DNA from: Patescibacteria group bacterium
GTDB lineage: Bacteria > Patescibacteriota > Minisyncoccia > Phycocordibacterales > SBAW01
NCBI GenBank assembly: GCA_028871115.1
Contig: JAGWOD010000004.1
Coordinates: forward strand, 1-55,132
DNA: 55,132 bases
Reading direction: 5' to 3'
Shown here in pieces: positions 36,037 through 44,781 of the stretch (position 1 is the stretch's first letter; the number at the start of each line of letters is the position of its first letter). Under the pieces are notes generated by a model, which saw only the letters and a list, made by a program, of their open reading frames with translations, had not been told where the DNA came from and made no database searches. Position numbers and translations under genes: made by a program.

Positions 36037-36606
36037 TTATTTACTTGAAGCACTGGGCGGGCTCCACGACACAGTGAGCGCGAAATCGATGTTCTGTGAG
36101 GCGGCGAGAGAATCTATAGGAAGATTAACGGCGCTCACTCCGGGAGCATTGGTAAGCTCATCTTTGAATGCGAGGAGATCATCGCGTGTATCTGCAACTC
36201 CCGATATATTGATCGTAAGCATCGCGGTCGAACCCGTGAGGGCAACAGGGCCATAGTTGAGGTAGCGCACCGAAATGCCTCTGGATGTATTTGAAAAAAG
36301 GTCGCTCAGAATCACCGTCGGCTCTGGGTAGTCCAATTGTTGTCGAACAGACGAGAAAATAGAGGCTGTGGCCTTCTCATCTTGGGAAGCTTTCGCGAGC
36401 GTGGGTTGCGAGAGAGTCTCCTGCGTAATTGCACTTTGATCATCGAGGGATGTGCGTGTTACCCACGCAAGAAAATAGGACGGAAGCAAGAGCGCAGCGC
36501 CAACAATAAGCGCGAAGGCCAAGGTAAATAACGCAACTGATGTGAGTCGGAGACGATACTCCAGAGTGATATGCTCGCGGGCTCCGGAAGGAAGAAGATT
36601 CACCAT
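36037..36606 (-). CDS. PilN-like type IV pilus assembly protein
   Basis: NLLP N-terminus, TM, ISG.A.TR..L..F...L; follows pilM. Confidence 0.8.
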   Translation of the reverse strand: MVNLLPSGAREHITLEYRLRLTSVALFTLAFALIVGAALLLPSYFLAWVTRTSLDDQSAITQETLSQPTLAKASQDEKATASIFSSVRQQLDYPEPTVILSDLFSNTSRGISVRYLNYGPVALTGSTAMLTINISGVADTRDDLLAFKDELTNAPGVSAVNLPIDSLAASQNIDFALTVSWSPPSASSK

Positions 36607-37697
36607 ATGGCTCTCTCGAGGGCGCGCTCAGCAAGACCGATGACCGTTGCATATCTCAGCGACTCGAAGCGCGGAATTGGAGGAACAACCCCTTCGCCGC
36701 CGAGCGCGGGGCGCAGGTCGGCAGCAGCGGCAGGGAGCCCCACGGTGCGGGCTAAGTACTCAGAGAGGCCGAGCATATTAGCGTTGCCGCCGTAGAGGAT
36801 AATCGAGGAAAGTTTCTCACGTCGCTCCCCTTTTTGCGTGCGAGATTGCCAGTAGACCATGACTTTTCCAATTGAGGAGGCGAGCGCGCCGGCGGTTGTC
36901 GAAAAAAGTGGTGCGGAGACGCCTTCAGGGGCGAGTCCTTCCTCGAACTTTATTCTCTCAAGCTCGCCTTCTATCTTCTCCTGGGGAATCCCAGCCGCCG
37001 CTGCCCGTTTGCGCAGCCCTTCGTCAAGCGCGAGCGTTCCTTCAGCAGAGGTAGCGAAACGCACGACACCATTTTGCATGATGGAGAGCACGCTTTTGTG
37101 GACTCCGAAATCGATAAGTAGGTGCGCTCCTGAAGCTTTTGCATGCTGGGCAAGCGCCCGACCTGCGGCCTGAGGTTCAAGCTCAAAGGAGAGCGGAGAG
37201 AACCCGCCCTCAGCGAGGGCTTCGACATAGGACTGCGCGGCGACTTCAGGGAATGCGGTGACGACGAGCGAGCGAGTAAACTCGTCGCTCTCCGAGCGAA
37301 CAGTTTCGCAGTCATATACCACCTCCGCAGGCGAGAGCGGCACATATTCCGGAAGCGCGATTGCAATACGGTCGCTAAGAGGTGTGTCGTCCTTGGGAAG
37401 GACGAGGTCGAAGAGATATCCTTTCTGTTCAGGAAGAGCAACATGCGCGAATGAAAAGCCGCAGCTTTTGCGCACCGCTCGCAGTGCCTCAGTGAGAGCC
37501 CCTTTATTGCGAATCTCGCCCGAGATCACTGCCTCGGAGGGAAGCGGGTGCTCGCCGAAGGAGAGAACCCTCGGGCGCTCACTGCGATCGTCGAACCGCA
37601 AGTATTTTATGGTGTGGCCAGAGATCTCGATACCGCCGCTTCCCATAGAAAGAAGCTTCGGCACCGGAAAGATTCTCGGAAAAAGGCGTGCCGCCAT
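36600..37697 (-). CDS. pilM: Type IV pilus assembly protein PilM
   Basis: Actin-like fold: GIEIS...IK, ELEPQA..RAL, LIDFG, ILYGG.A.M.GL..YL, ..IGLA.R. Confidence 0.88.
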   Translation of the reverse strand: MAARLFPRIFPVPKLLSMGSGGIEISGHTIKYLRFDDRSERPRVLSFGEHPLPSEAVISGEIRNKGALTEALRAVRKSCGFSFAHVALPEQKGYLFDLVLPKDDTPLSDRIAIALPEYVPLSPAEVVYDCETVRSESDEFTRSLVVTAFPEVAAQSYVEALAEGGFSPLSFELEPQAAGRALAQHAKASGAHLLIDFGVHKSVLSIMQNGVVRFATSAEGTLALDEGLRKRAAAAGIPQEKIEGELERIKFEEGLAPEGVSAPLFSTTAGALASSIGKVMVYWQSRTQKGERREKLSSIILYGGNANMLGLSEYLARTVGLPAAAADLRPALGGEGVVPPIPRFESLRYATVIGLAERALERAIW

Positions 37698-37736
37698 ACT
37701 AGAGAGTAGTATACCGCGCCTCAATGAAAGGAATGG

Positions 37737-38354
37737 CTACAGAATGCCGCCGAACAGGAACGCGTGGAGAAGGAAATATAGAACAAGCGCAATCACAAGC
37801 GCCGCAAGGATCTCGAAGTAGCGGCGCACGATATTGAGGATATGAATACCCCAGCGGTTCACGAGCCATGCGACAAGCCCGAAGCGCAATGCCCGGCCCA
37901 AAAAGAAACCGGCGATGTAGGGGAGGAAGGGTACATGGAGGAATCCCGCAAGAATAATGAATACCTTGTCGGGGATGGGCGAGAACATGAGAAAGAGCAT
38001 GACGAAGAACACATTACCCGCGAGAAGATGTTGCACGACGTGGAACCATTGATGGAGCCCGTAGCGCGTGAGGAGAAATACACCAAATTCCCTAAAAAGA
38101 AATGCACCGACGGAGTAGCCTACGATGCCCCCGAGTGTTGAAGCAATCGTTGTTATTGCTGCATATTTCTTCCAGTAGTGCGGACCGGCGAGAATCATTG
38201 CAACCATAAGACTCTCTGGAGCGATAGGTACAAAGATCGGCTCAAGAAACGAAAGGAGAATGAGCCACGCTATAGCATGGCGACCGTGAGCACGGGCGGA
38301 GAACCACTCCCACCCCGACAACTGTGGTTGTTCTTCTCTTGCAGCCATATGCAT
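37737..38354 (-). CDS. YqaA/DedA (VTT domain) membrane protein
   Basis: SFLE..F.PI.PE, STLGG..GY..G, SPIP.KVF...AG, GRALRF. Confidence 0.9.
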   Translation of the reverse strand: MHMAAREEQPQLSGWEWFSARAHGRHAIAWLILLSFLEPIFVPIAPESLMVAMILAGPHYWKKYAAITTIASTLGGIVGYSVGAFLFREFGVFLLTRYGLHQWFHVVQHLLAGNVFFVMLFLMFSPIPDKVFIILAGFLHVPFLPYIAGFFLGRALRFGLVAWLVNRWGIHILNIVRRYFEILAALVIALVLYFLLHAFLFGGIL

Positions 38355-38716
38355 CAGCGCACGCGTGCGCCAGGGCTGGCGCCTGTGGCTTCAAGAAGCG
38401 CGAAGGTCCCATCCTCCCCGCTTGCAGCAAGGATCATGCCATCGCTTTCAAGCCCTCGTATAGTGCGTGGTTTGAGATTGTAGGCGAACGCTACCCGCCT
38501 GCCAACAAGCGCCTGGGGATCAGGAAAATATGCCGAAATTCCTGAAACTATTTGACGCTCTTCCGAACCCCCGAAGTACACCCGCAAGCGCAAAAGCTTA
38601 TCCGCATTTTCGATCTTTTCAGCCGAGCGGATCTCCCCTACCCGTATTTCAGCACGCTTAAATGCATCGATGTCTATTTTGCCTTCTTGAGGCAGATTCT
38701 CCTGGGAGGATTCCAT
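38354..38716 (-). CDS. Stand-alone tRNA-binding OB-fold protein (Trbp111/CsaA/MetRS C-terminal-like)
   Basis: F....IRVG.I..AE....ADKLL.L.V.FG..ERQIVSGI, NLKPR.I.G.ES.GMILA. Confidence 0.92.
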   Translation of the reverse strand: MESSQENLPQEGKIDIDAFKRAEIRVGEIRSAEKIENADKLLRLRVYFGGSEERQIVSGISAYFPDPQALVGRRVAFAYNLKPRTIRGLESDGMILAASGEDGTFALLEATGASPGARVR

Positions 38717-38720
38717 TCCG

Positions 38721-39143
38721 TTATTCTACCCTTCCCCGCTTGTCGAGAAAACTCTGGAGAATGAGCGCGGCAGCTGAAGCATCATCGGGTCCGTTTTTGC
38801 GCTCTCCCCTGCCGCGAGTATTGGCAATAGGAGATGTTGCCCCTCCGGGAGGCCGCTGTGCAGCGATGCTTGTCATAAATTCAGGTTCGAAAAAGATAGG
38901 GCAAGTACCTTCAAGAACTGCCGCGAAGGAGCGTATATGTTGCATGATGGGATTTTCCTTTCCCTTGAGATCTTTTGACTCGCCAATGACAACGCCTGTG
39001 ATTCCCCGCTCTTTGATGAGCGTAGCCACCCGTTCAAGTGCTTCCCGCTCCGGCACTATTTCAAGAGGAAATGCCACACGTTCACCCTCATCGGAGAGTG
39101 CGATGCCGACACGCTTCTTTCCCCAGTCGATTCCGATATACAT
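38721..39143 (-). CDS. ruvX: YqgF/RuvX family RNase H-fold nuclease
   Basis: GIDWGKKRVGIALSD, VIG, E.MTS, D..AA.LILQSFLD. Confidence 0.93.
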   Translation of the reverse strand: MYIGIDWGKKRVGIALSDEGERVAFPLEIVPEREALERVATLIKERGITGVVIGESKDLKGKENPIMQHIRSFAAVLEGTCPIFFEPEFMTSIAAQRPPGGATSPIANTRGRGERKNGPDDASAAALILQSFLDKRGRVE

Positions 39144-39192
39144 GCCCCCACCTTATATAAGAAGAGAAAAAAATGCTATAAGCTAGAGCAAC

Positions 39193-39277
39193 GGTGGGGT
39201 GGCCGAGTGGTTTAAGGCAGCGGTCTTGAAAACCGCCACGCCGAAAGGCGTCGTGAGTTCGAATCTCACCCCCACCG
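39193..39277 (+). tRNA. tRNA-Ser(TGA)
   Basis: GGTGGGG/CCCCACC-G, anticodon arm GCGGT-CTTGAAA-ACCGC, long variable arm. Confidence 0.96.
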
Positions 39278-39292
39278 CAGGTTGGTTCTACT

Positions 39293-39802
39293 ATGAATAT
39301 CACACTCATTGGAATGCCAGGTTCGGGGAAGTCATTCATCGGCAAGAAACTTGCCGATCAGCTAGGATTTAGCTTGGTTGAAGCAGATAAAATAATCGAG
39401 CAGGAATTTAATCTGCCACTGCAACAGGTGGTCGAAAAACTGGGGAGCGACGTGTTCTTGGACAAGGAAGCAGAGACTGTAATAAAAAGTACCGACGGCC
39501 GAAATAATTTTGTGGTGTCTCCCGGTGGCAGCATTGTCTATAGACTGAACGCGATAAATCATCTGAAAAAGATTTCCAAAGTATTTTATTTGGAGGTATC
39601 GCTCAAAGTACTCAAGGGTAGGATTGGGGATGTTCCCCGTGGCATCGTAAACGCCGAAAACAAAACTTTCGCTGATTTGTATGCTGAACGAGCGCCTCTC
39701 TACAAAAAATTTGCTGACTACGTAGTGAACGGCGATCTTGATTCTGAAACTGTCATTGAAAAAATTTTGCTAGCTACAGAGCCAAGTGCTTCAGTTGTTT
39801 GA
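39293..39802 (+). CDS. aroK: Shikimate kinase
   Basis: NITLIGMPGSGKS, D.IIE, VVSPGGS, RGI, LY.ER.PLY. Confidence 0.88.
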   Translation: MNITLIGMPGSGKSFIGKKLADQLGFSLVEADKIIEQEFNLPLQQVVEKLGSDVFLDKEAETVIKSTDGRNNFVVSPGGSIVYRLNAINHLKKISKVFYLEVSLKVLKGRIGDVPRGIVNAENKTFADLYAERAPLYKKFADYVVNGDLDSETVIEKILLATEPSASVV

Positions 39803-39856
39803 CCAGTAAACTGAGGTTTCAATTATTTTCATGTGGAGGGGTATAGTATAAATACA

Positions 39857-40582
39857 ATGAGTAAAAACATCACTATCAAAGGCGCGAATGTCTACCATTC
39901 ATATCCGGAGAGTGACACAAAAGGTCCCGGGCTCATTCTTATTGAGGAGATCTGGGGAGTAAATGATCATATTAAAAATGTCGCTGACCGGTTTGCCAAA
40001 GAAGGCTACCGCGTCCTTGCACCGGAACTCTTGCCCGAGGGCCTGCTCGAACAGCTGACTCCACAGGTACAGAAAGATCTCTTCGATCCGGAAAAACGCA
40101 ACGAGGTACAACCGAAACTGCGTGCGGCGATGCAGCCTATCATGCAGCCGGAATATGCGCGGAGTACTCTTGAGATTCTCGTATCTTGTATCGACTATCT
40201 ACTCATCGATCCGCACGTGAGCAAAAAGGTTGGAGTCGTTGGGTTCTGCTTCGGTGGTACATACAGTTTCCACCTTGCGGCAAGCGATTCGCGTATACAA
40301 GCGGCAGTGCCCTTCTACGGCCAGTCGCCGGCTCAGGAGGAAATTGCAGGTATCAATTGTCCTATCCTCGCCTTCTACGGCGATCAAGACGCTAATCTCA
40401 TGCAGACGCTTCCAAACTTCAAGGAAGAAATGAAAAAACAGAAGAAATCATTTGAAGCTATCGTCTATGAGGGCATGGGGCATGCGTTTTTCAACGATAC
40501 GAATTCACGCACATATAACGCCCGCGTAGCACAGGATGCTTGGGGAAAGACACTCGCTTTCCTTGCCAAACATCTTTCCTAA
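39857..40582 (+). CDS. Dienelactone hydrolase family protein
   Basis: EIWGVN, GFCFGG nucleophile, G..D, HAFFND; start ATG 39857. Confidence 0.94.
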   Translation: MSKNITIKGANVYHSYPESDTKGPGLILIEEIWGVNDHIKNVADRFAKEGYRVLAPELLPEGLLEQLTPQVQKDLFDPEKRNEVQPKLRAAMQPIMQPEYARSTLEILVSCIDYLLIDPHVSKKVGVVGFCFGGTYSFHLAASDSRIQAAVPFYGQSPAQEEIAGINCPILAFYGDQDANLMQTLPNFKEEMKKQKKSFEAIVYEGMGHAFFNDTNSRTYNARVAQDAWGKTLAFLAKHLS

Positions 40583-40592
40583 AAGAAACGTG

Positions 40593-41141
40593 ATGCGAAA
40601 GAGCGTTACGAAGAAACACGTTTTGTTCACTGTCGGACATTCAACAAGAACAATCAAGGAATTTATTACTTTGCTCAAGGCCCATGGGGTTGAGACTGTA
40701 GCCGACATTCGCACTATCCCCCGCTCACGTCATAATCCACAATTCAATGAAAATCGCTTGCATAACTCACTTGAGAAGATAGAAATAAAGTACGTACATC
40801 TGGAGACTCTCGGCGGATTGCGCCATACAAAAAAAGATTCCAAAAATACAGGCTGGAGAAATGCATCCTTCCGGGGATATGCCGACTACATGGCTACTCC
40901 CGAATTTACTTCGGGCCTGCAAACTCTAGAGAAACTAGCAGAAAAAAGCACGACCGCAATTATGTGCGCAGAAGCACTCCCCTGGCGATGCCACCGATCG
41001 CTTGTCGGCGATGCGCTGAGCAAGCGAGGTTGGAGCGTTTACGACATTATGAGCGAGAGCAATGCTCCCAAACACCGTACAACACCTTTTCTCAAAGTAC
41101 GCGCAGGAGTGCTCATCTATCCCGCTCCCAAAGCCGCATAA
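40593..41141 (+). CDS. DUF488 family protein
   Basis: FTVGHS.R, DIR..P.SR.NPQF, LGG.R, MCAE..WRCHR. Confidence 0.93.
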   Translation: MRKSVTKKHVLFTVGHSTRTIKEFITLLKAHGVETVADIRTIPRSRHNPQFNENRLHNSLEKIEIKYVHLETLGGLRHTKKDSKNTGWRNASFRGYADYMATPEFTSGLQTLEKLAEKSTTAIMCAEALPWRCHRSLVGDALSKRGWSVYDIMSESNAPKHRTTPFLKVRAGVLIYPAPKAA

Positions 41142-41171
41142 GTACGAAAGGCCGGTGGTATACTTTGCTCA

Positions 41172-41639
41172 ATGGCTCCCGAGGGAACAGTACTCTCCTG
41201 GACATCTCCAACGCATCTGAAGGCCGAGCGCAGTACCGACTGGTACTGGGCGCTTGGGTTACTTGCGATATGCGGCGTCATCGCTTCAGTGCTTTGGGGA
41301 AATCTCCTGTTCGCAGCAATCATCGCGCTTGGCGCGTTCATGATAGGCGTCATGGCGGCTCGAGAGCCACGGGAGTGCGAGATACATCTGAGTGCCGAGG
41401 GAATTGTGGTCGACCACGATTTTTATTCCTTTTCCTCCCTGCGCGCATTTTGGATCGAGACCCATCACGAATACCCGAAACTCTATCTCGCAACAACTGG
41501 GCTCATCCATCCGCATATTGTTATCATCCTGCGTCCCCCTGCGGGGACAGATAATGTGCACGAAATACTCTCTCGGTTTGTTCCCGAGGAAACACGCCAT
41601 TCGCTCGGCACTATTGTGGCCGAATTTCTGGGGCTCTAG
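41172..41639 (+). CDS. Conserved membrane protein (2 TM plus PH-like domain, DUF5673-like)
   Basis: L.W..P.H....RS.DWYW, GN.LFA.II, ...FW; TATACT-N7-ATG. Confidence 0.8.
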   Translation: MAPEGTVLSWTSPTHLKAERSTDWYWALGLLAICGVIASVLWGNLLFAAIIALGAFMIGVMAAREPRECEIHLSAEGIVVDHDFYSFSSLRAFWIETHHEYPKLYLATTGLIHPHIVIILRPPAGTDNVHEILSRFVPEETRHSLGTIVAEFLGL

Positions 41640-41693
41640 AGGATAGACTCTGGAAAAAATGCCGAGTGCAGTGTAGTGTGTGGAGGTTCAATT

Positions 41694-41768
41694 CCTCTCG
41701 TAGTTCAATGGATAGAACGCAAGCTTGCGGAGCTTGTAATGCAGGTTCGATTCCTGCCGAGAGGACCA
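41694..41768 (+). tRNA. tRNA-Arg(GCG), CCA encoded
   Basis: CCTCTCG/CGAGAGG-ACCA, anticodon arm CAAGC-TTGCGGA-GCTTG, GGTTCGATTCC. Confidence 0.93.
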
Positions 41769-41771
41769 GCT

Positions 41772-41843
41772 GCTCCCATAGCTCAACGGATAGAGCGCAG
41801 GCCTCCGAAGCCTGAAATCGAGGTTCGAGTCCTCGTGGGAGCA
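41772..41843 (+). tRNA. tRNA-Arg(CCG)
   Basis: GCTCCCA/TGGGAGC-A, anticodon arm CAGGC-CTCCGAA-GCCTG. Confidence 0.95.
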
Positions 41844-41936
41844 CTCTAAGCACGTGTAAGGTGGGTGAAACCCAATCGTCTTACTATTTACGGGAGTAGA
41901 AGCTCCCGATGATTAGCAGCATAAACACCACCTCGT

Positions 41937-42524
41937 ATGAATCGCATATCGAGTTTCCTCGGAACGACGGCGGTTGCTGCCGCCCTCGTTCTCTCCCCGG
42001 TCATCGCTTCGGCTGAAGGGATCTCCGGCTCCGCACACGCGGGGGCAGGGATTTTCATTAGCCCAAGGGGCATTATTAAGGTCGTCGATGCGGACGTCAC
42101 GGCAGTCGGCAACGGCGTCGTGGACGCGATGAGCCAGTTCGGCAATTTGATGTTGAACTTCATCGTTAACACTTCTGCCTCGACCACCATAAAAGCCGGC
42201 GGATCGGCAAACGCTTCAACCACCGCTATCGCGGTCGGAGATAAGGTAAGCTTCGTTGGTTCACTCGCCTCAAGCACCAATTCGGTGCTCACGGTCACTG
42301 CAACTAAAATTCGTGACCTCACGAACTTTATTGCCTCAAGCACGCGCAAGCACGGCGACAACGATGCCGATGATGATGCAGCACTCTCCGGACATTCAAG
42401 TGTGGATGTGGGAACGAGTACTGACGCTGACTGGCATGGCAATGTGAGCGCAAAGGTTGGCGACAGCCACGACGGAGTTGGGTTCCTCGGTGGTCTGCAC
42501 CTGGGATTCGGCGGAGATAACTAA
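41937..42524 (+). CDS. Secreted hypothetical protein (DUF5666-like OB domain)
   Basis: Signal peptide (..PVIASA), VN...TTI, I.VGD.V.F.G, V.A.KIRD. Confidence 0.7.
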   Translation: MNRISSFLGTTAVAAALVLSPVIASAEGISGSAHAGAGIFISPRGIIKVVDADVTAVGNGVVDAMSQFGNLMLNFIVNTSASTTIKAGGSANASTTAIAVGDKVSFVGSLASSTNSVLTVTATKIRDLTNFIASSTRKHGDNDADDDAALSGHSSVDVGTSTDADWHGNVSAKVGDSHDGVGFLGGLHLGFGGDN

Positions 42525-42539
42525 AGCAATAACTCCGAT

Positions 42540-42568
42540 TACAAAATGCCCCTTCGGGGCATTTTGTA
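42540..42568. terminator. Bidirectional terminator
   Basis: TACAAAATGCCCC-TTC-GGGGCATTTTGTA between convergent genes. Confidence 0.85.
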
Positions 42569-42584
42569 TATGGGCTAAAAATAT

Positions 42585-42821
42585 TTACTTAGAAAGAAGC
42601 TTGGCGAGCTGGGATTTCTTGCGAGCCGCCGTGTTCTTCTTTATGACACCGCCCTTGAGTGCCTTGTCTATCGCCTGGTAGGCCTTAGCCAGATTCTCGC
42701 TCGAAATAGTGGTACGAATATCTTTTGCGGCTGCGCGCATTGCCCGAACACGTCTATCATTAAAAACCTTCCGGCGCATGGATTGGCGGAGTGCTTTCTT
42801 GGCCGATTTCGTAATTGCCAT
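42585..42821 (-). CDS. rpsT: 30S ribosomal protein S20
   Basis: MAITKSAKK.LRQ..RR...N, AIDKA.K.GVIKKN.AARKKS. Confidence 0.96.
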   Translation of the reverse strand: MAITKSAKKALRQSMRRKVFNDRRVRAMRAAAKDIRTTISSENLAKAYQAIDKALKGGVIKKNTAARKKSQLAKLLSK

Positions 42822-42883
42822 GCGCGTCACTCTACTATAAGAGAGAAGGCTCGGCAACTCTGGGTGTGGGGTATGATGAGGGC

Positions 42884-43486
42884 ATGATAGGTAAGCTCAA
42901 CGGGGTATTTGCAGGAGACGCCGGGGGCGGGACCATTCTCATCGATGTTGCGGGAGTAGGCTACGAGGTACGCGTCCCGGCGAGCGATCTTGCCGATACA
43001 TCCCTGCGCGAAGGAGACCCTGTTGAACTTTTCATTTACACCGCAGTCCGGGAAGATTCCATAGATCTCTACGGATTTCACACCAGTGAGGAACTTTCCT
43101 TCTTCAAGATGCTCCTTGGCGTTTCGGGAATTGGTCCGAAAACCGCGCTCGGCATACTTTCAATCGCTGACGTACCTTCACTTGAACGAGCGATTGGAGC
43201 AGGTGATGCAAGTATTCTCACCAAAGTATATGGAGTCGGAAAAAAGAGCGCAGAGCGTATCGTCGTGGAACTCAAAGACAAATTAGGCAAGAAAGTAATA
43301 CGCTCGGGAGCGCGGGTAGGCTCTCCAAGCGACATGGAAGTCCTCGAGGCCCTTGAATCGCTTGGATATTCAATCCCAGAGGGCCGCGCCGCCCTGCAGC
43401 ATGTCCCCGAGGAAGCCTCGGGAGTTCGCGAGAGGCTCGCAGCGGCACTTAAATATCTGGGCGCCCCGTCTAAAGCGCACTCATGA
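42884..43486 (+). CDS. ruvA: Holliday junction branch migration protein RuvA
   Basis: MIG.L.G, GVGYEV, VRED...LYGF, VSGIGPK.AL, GVGKK.AERI..ELK, AL..LGY. Confidence 0.97.
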   Translation: MIGKLNGVFAGDAGGGTILIDVAGVGYEVRVPASDLADTSLREGDPVELFIYTAVREDSIDLYGFHTSEELSFFKMLLGVSGIGPKTALGILSIADVPSLERAIGAGDASILTKVYGVGKKSAERIVVELKDKLGKKVIRSGARVGSPSDMEVLEALESLGYSIPEGRAALQHVPEEASGVRERLAAALKYLGAPSKAHS

Positions 43487-44763
43487 AAGAGAGTTTCGCG
43501 CGATTGTTGCGCTCTATTCTTCCCACTGCCTGGGCAAAAATTCTCTTTGACTCCTACCACCGCTCCCTTGCATTCTTCGGAGCGATTCGATATCGCCATC
43601 CCTCCCGAGAGCTACGCGTCATAGCGGTAACGGGCACTAAAGGAAAATCGACGGTAGTCGAGATCGTGCGCGCAATGTTGCGTGAAGGAGGTTTTTCCGT
43701 CGCTAGTGCAAGCACCATACGTTTCTGCATTAAAGAGAAGTGTGAGCCTAACCTCTACAAGATGACCATGGTCGGCCGCTTTTTCTTGCAGCATTTCCTG
43801 CGCCAAGCGGTCGAAGCGGGGTGCGACTATGCAGTCATTGAGATGACATCGGAAGGAGCCGTACAGTTTCGTCATAAAGGAATCGACCTTGACGGCCTCA
43901 TATTCACCAACCTCGCTCCTGAACACCTCGAAAGTCACGGCGGTATGGAAGCCTACGCTGCAGCAAAACTCTCTCTCGCAGCGCATCTTGAAGCATCTCC
44001 AAAACATATGCGCATCATCGTCGCCAACGCCGAGGATGCATACGGAGCGAAGTTTCTTGCTACAAAGGTCGAGATGCGTGTGCCGTTTTCTCTCAAAGAT
44101 GCACAACCCTACACTGTCGATGACAAAGGCGCGCGGTTCACCTGGCGCGGTGAGCTCTTTACCTCGCCACTTCCTGGTCTTTTCAATCTCAAAAATACGC
44201 TCGCCGCGCTTGCACTGTGCGAAGCACTTGGTATTCCTCGGCACGCTCTCAAGAGAGCAGTTGAAAAAACTGCCCACATCGCAGGCCGCGCCGAGCGCCT
44301 CGAGAGAGGACAGCCATTTTCCGTTGTTGTCGATTATGCCCATACTCCGGATTCTCTACGTGCTATCTATGAAACGTTCACCGCAGGAGAAGGTCGGCGC
44401 ATCTGCGTTTTGGGCTCCACCGGAGGTGGACGGGATACATGGAAGCGTCCTGCTATGGGGAACATCGCCGACAAATACTGCGACATCGCATTTCTTACGG
44501 ATGAAGATCCCTATGACGAAGACCCCCGCTCTATCGCCGAGGCGGTAGCGAAAGGTTTTGCGCGCCTTACTCCCCAGATTGTGATGGATCGACGGGAAGC
44601 GATTGCTTCGGCACTGCGGGAAGCGCGAGCGGGAGATGCGGTTCTCATCACCGGCAAGGGCACTGATCCCTATATCATGCGCGCGAAGGGAGAAAAAGAG
44701 TCTTGGAGCGACCGCCGTGTGGTTGAAGAGGAGCTTGATAAGCTCCTGTCCTCCAAAAAATAA
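43483..44763 (+). CDS. murE: MurE-like Mur ligase
   Basis: VTGTKGKST, E.TSEG, FTNL..EHL..HG..E.Y..AK, VVDYAHTPD, GG.RD..KRP.MG, ITGKG. Confidence 0.88.
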   Translation: MKESFARLLRSILPTAWAKILFDSYHRSLAFFGAIRYRHPSRELRVIAVTGTKGKSTVVEIVRAMLREGGFSVASASTIRFCIKEKCEPNLYKMTMVGRFFLQHFLRQAVEAGCDYAVIEMTSEGAVQFRHKGIDLDGLIFTNLAPEHLESHGGMEAYAAAKLSLAAHLEASPKHMRIIVANAEDAYGAKFLATKVEMRVPFSLKDAQPYTVDDKGARFTWRGELFTSPLPGLFNLKNTLAALALCEALGIPRHALKRAVEKTAHIAGRAERLERGQPFSVVVDYAHTPDSLRAIYETFTAGEGRRICVLGSTGGGRDTWKRPAMGNIADKYCDIAFLTDEDPYDEDPRSIAEAVAKGFARLTPQIVMDRREAIASALREARAGDAVLITGKGTDPYIMRAKGEKESWSDRRVVEEELDKLLSSKK

Positions 44764-44781
44764 ACCGGCTACACTACAGCC

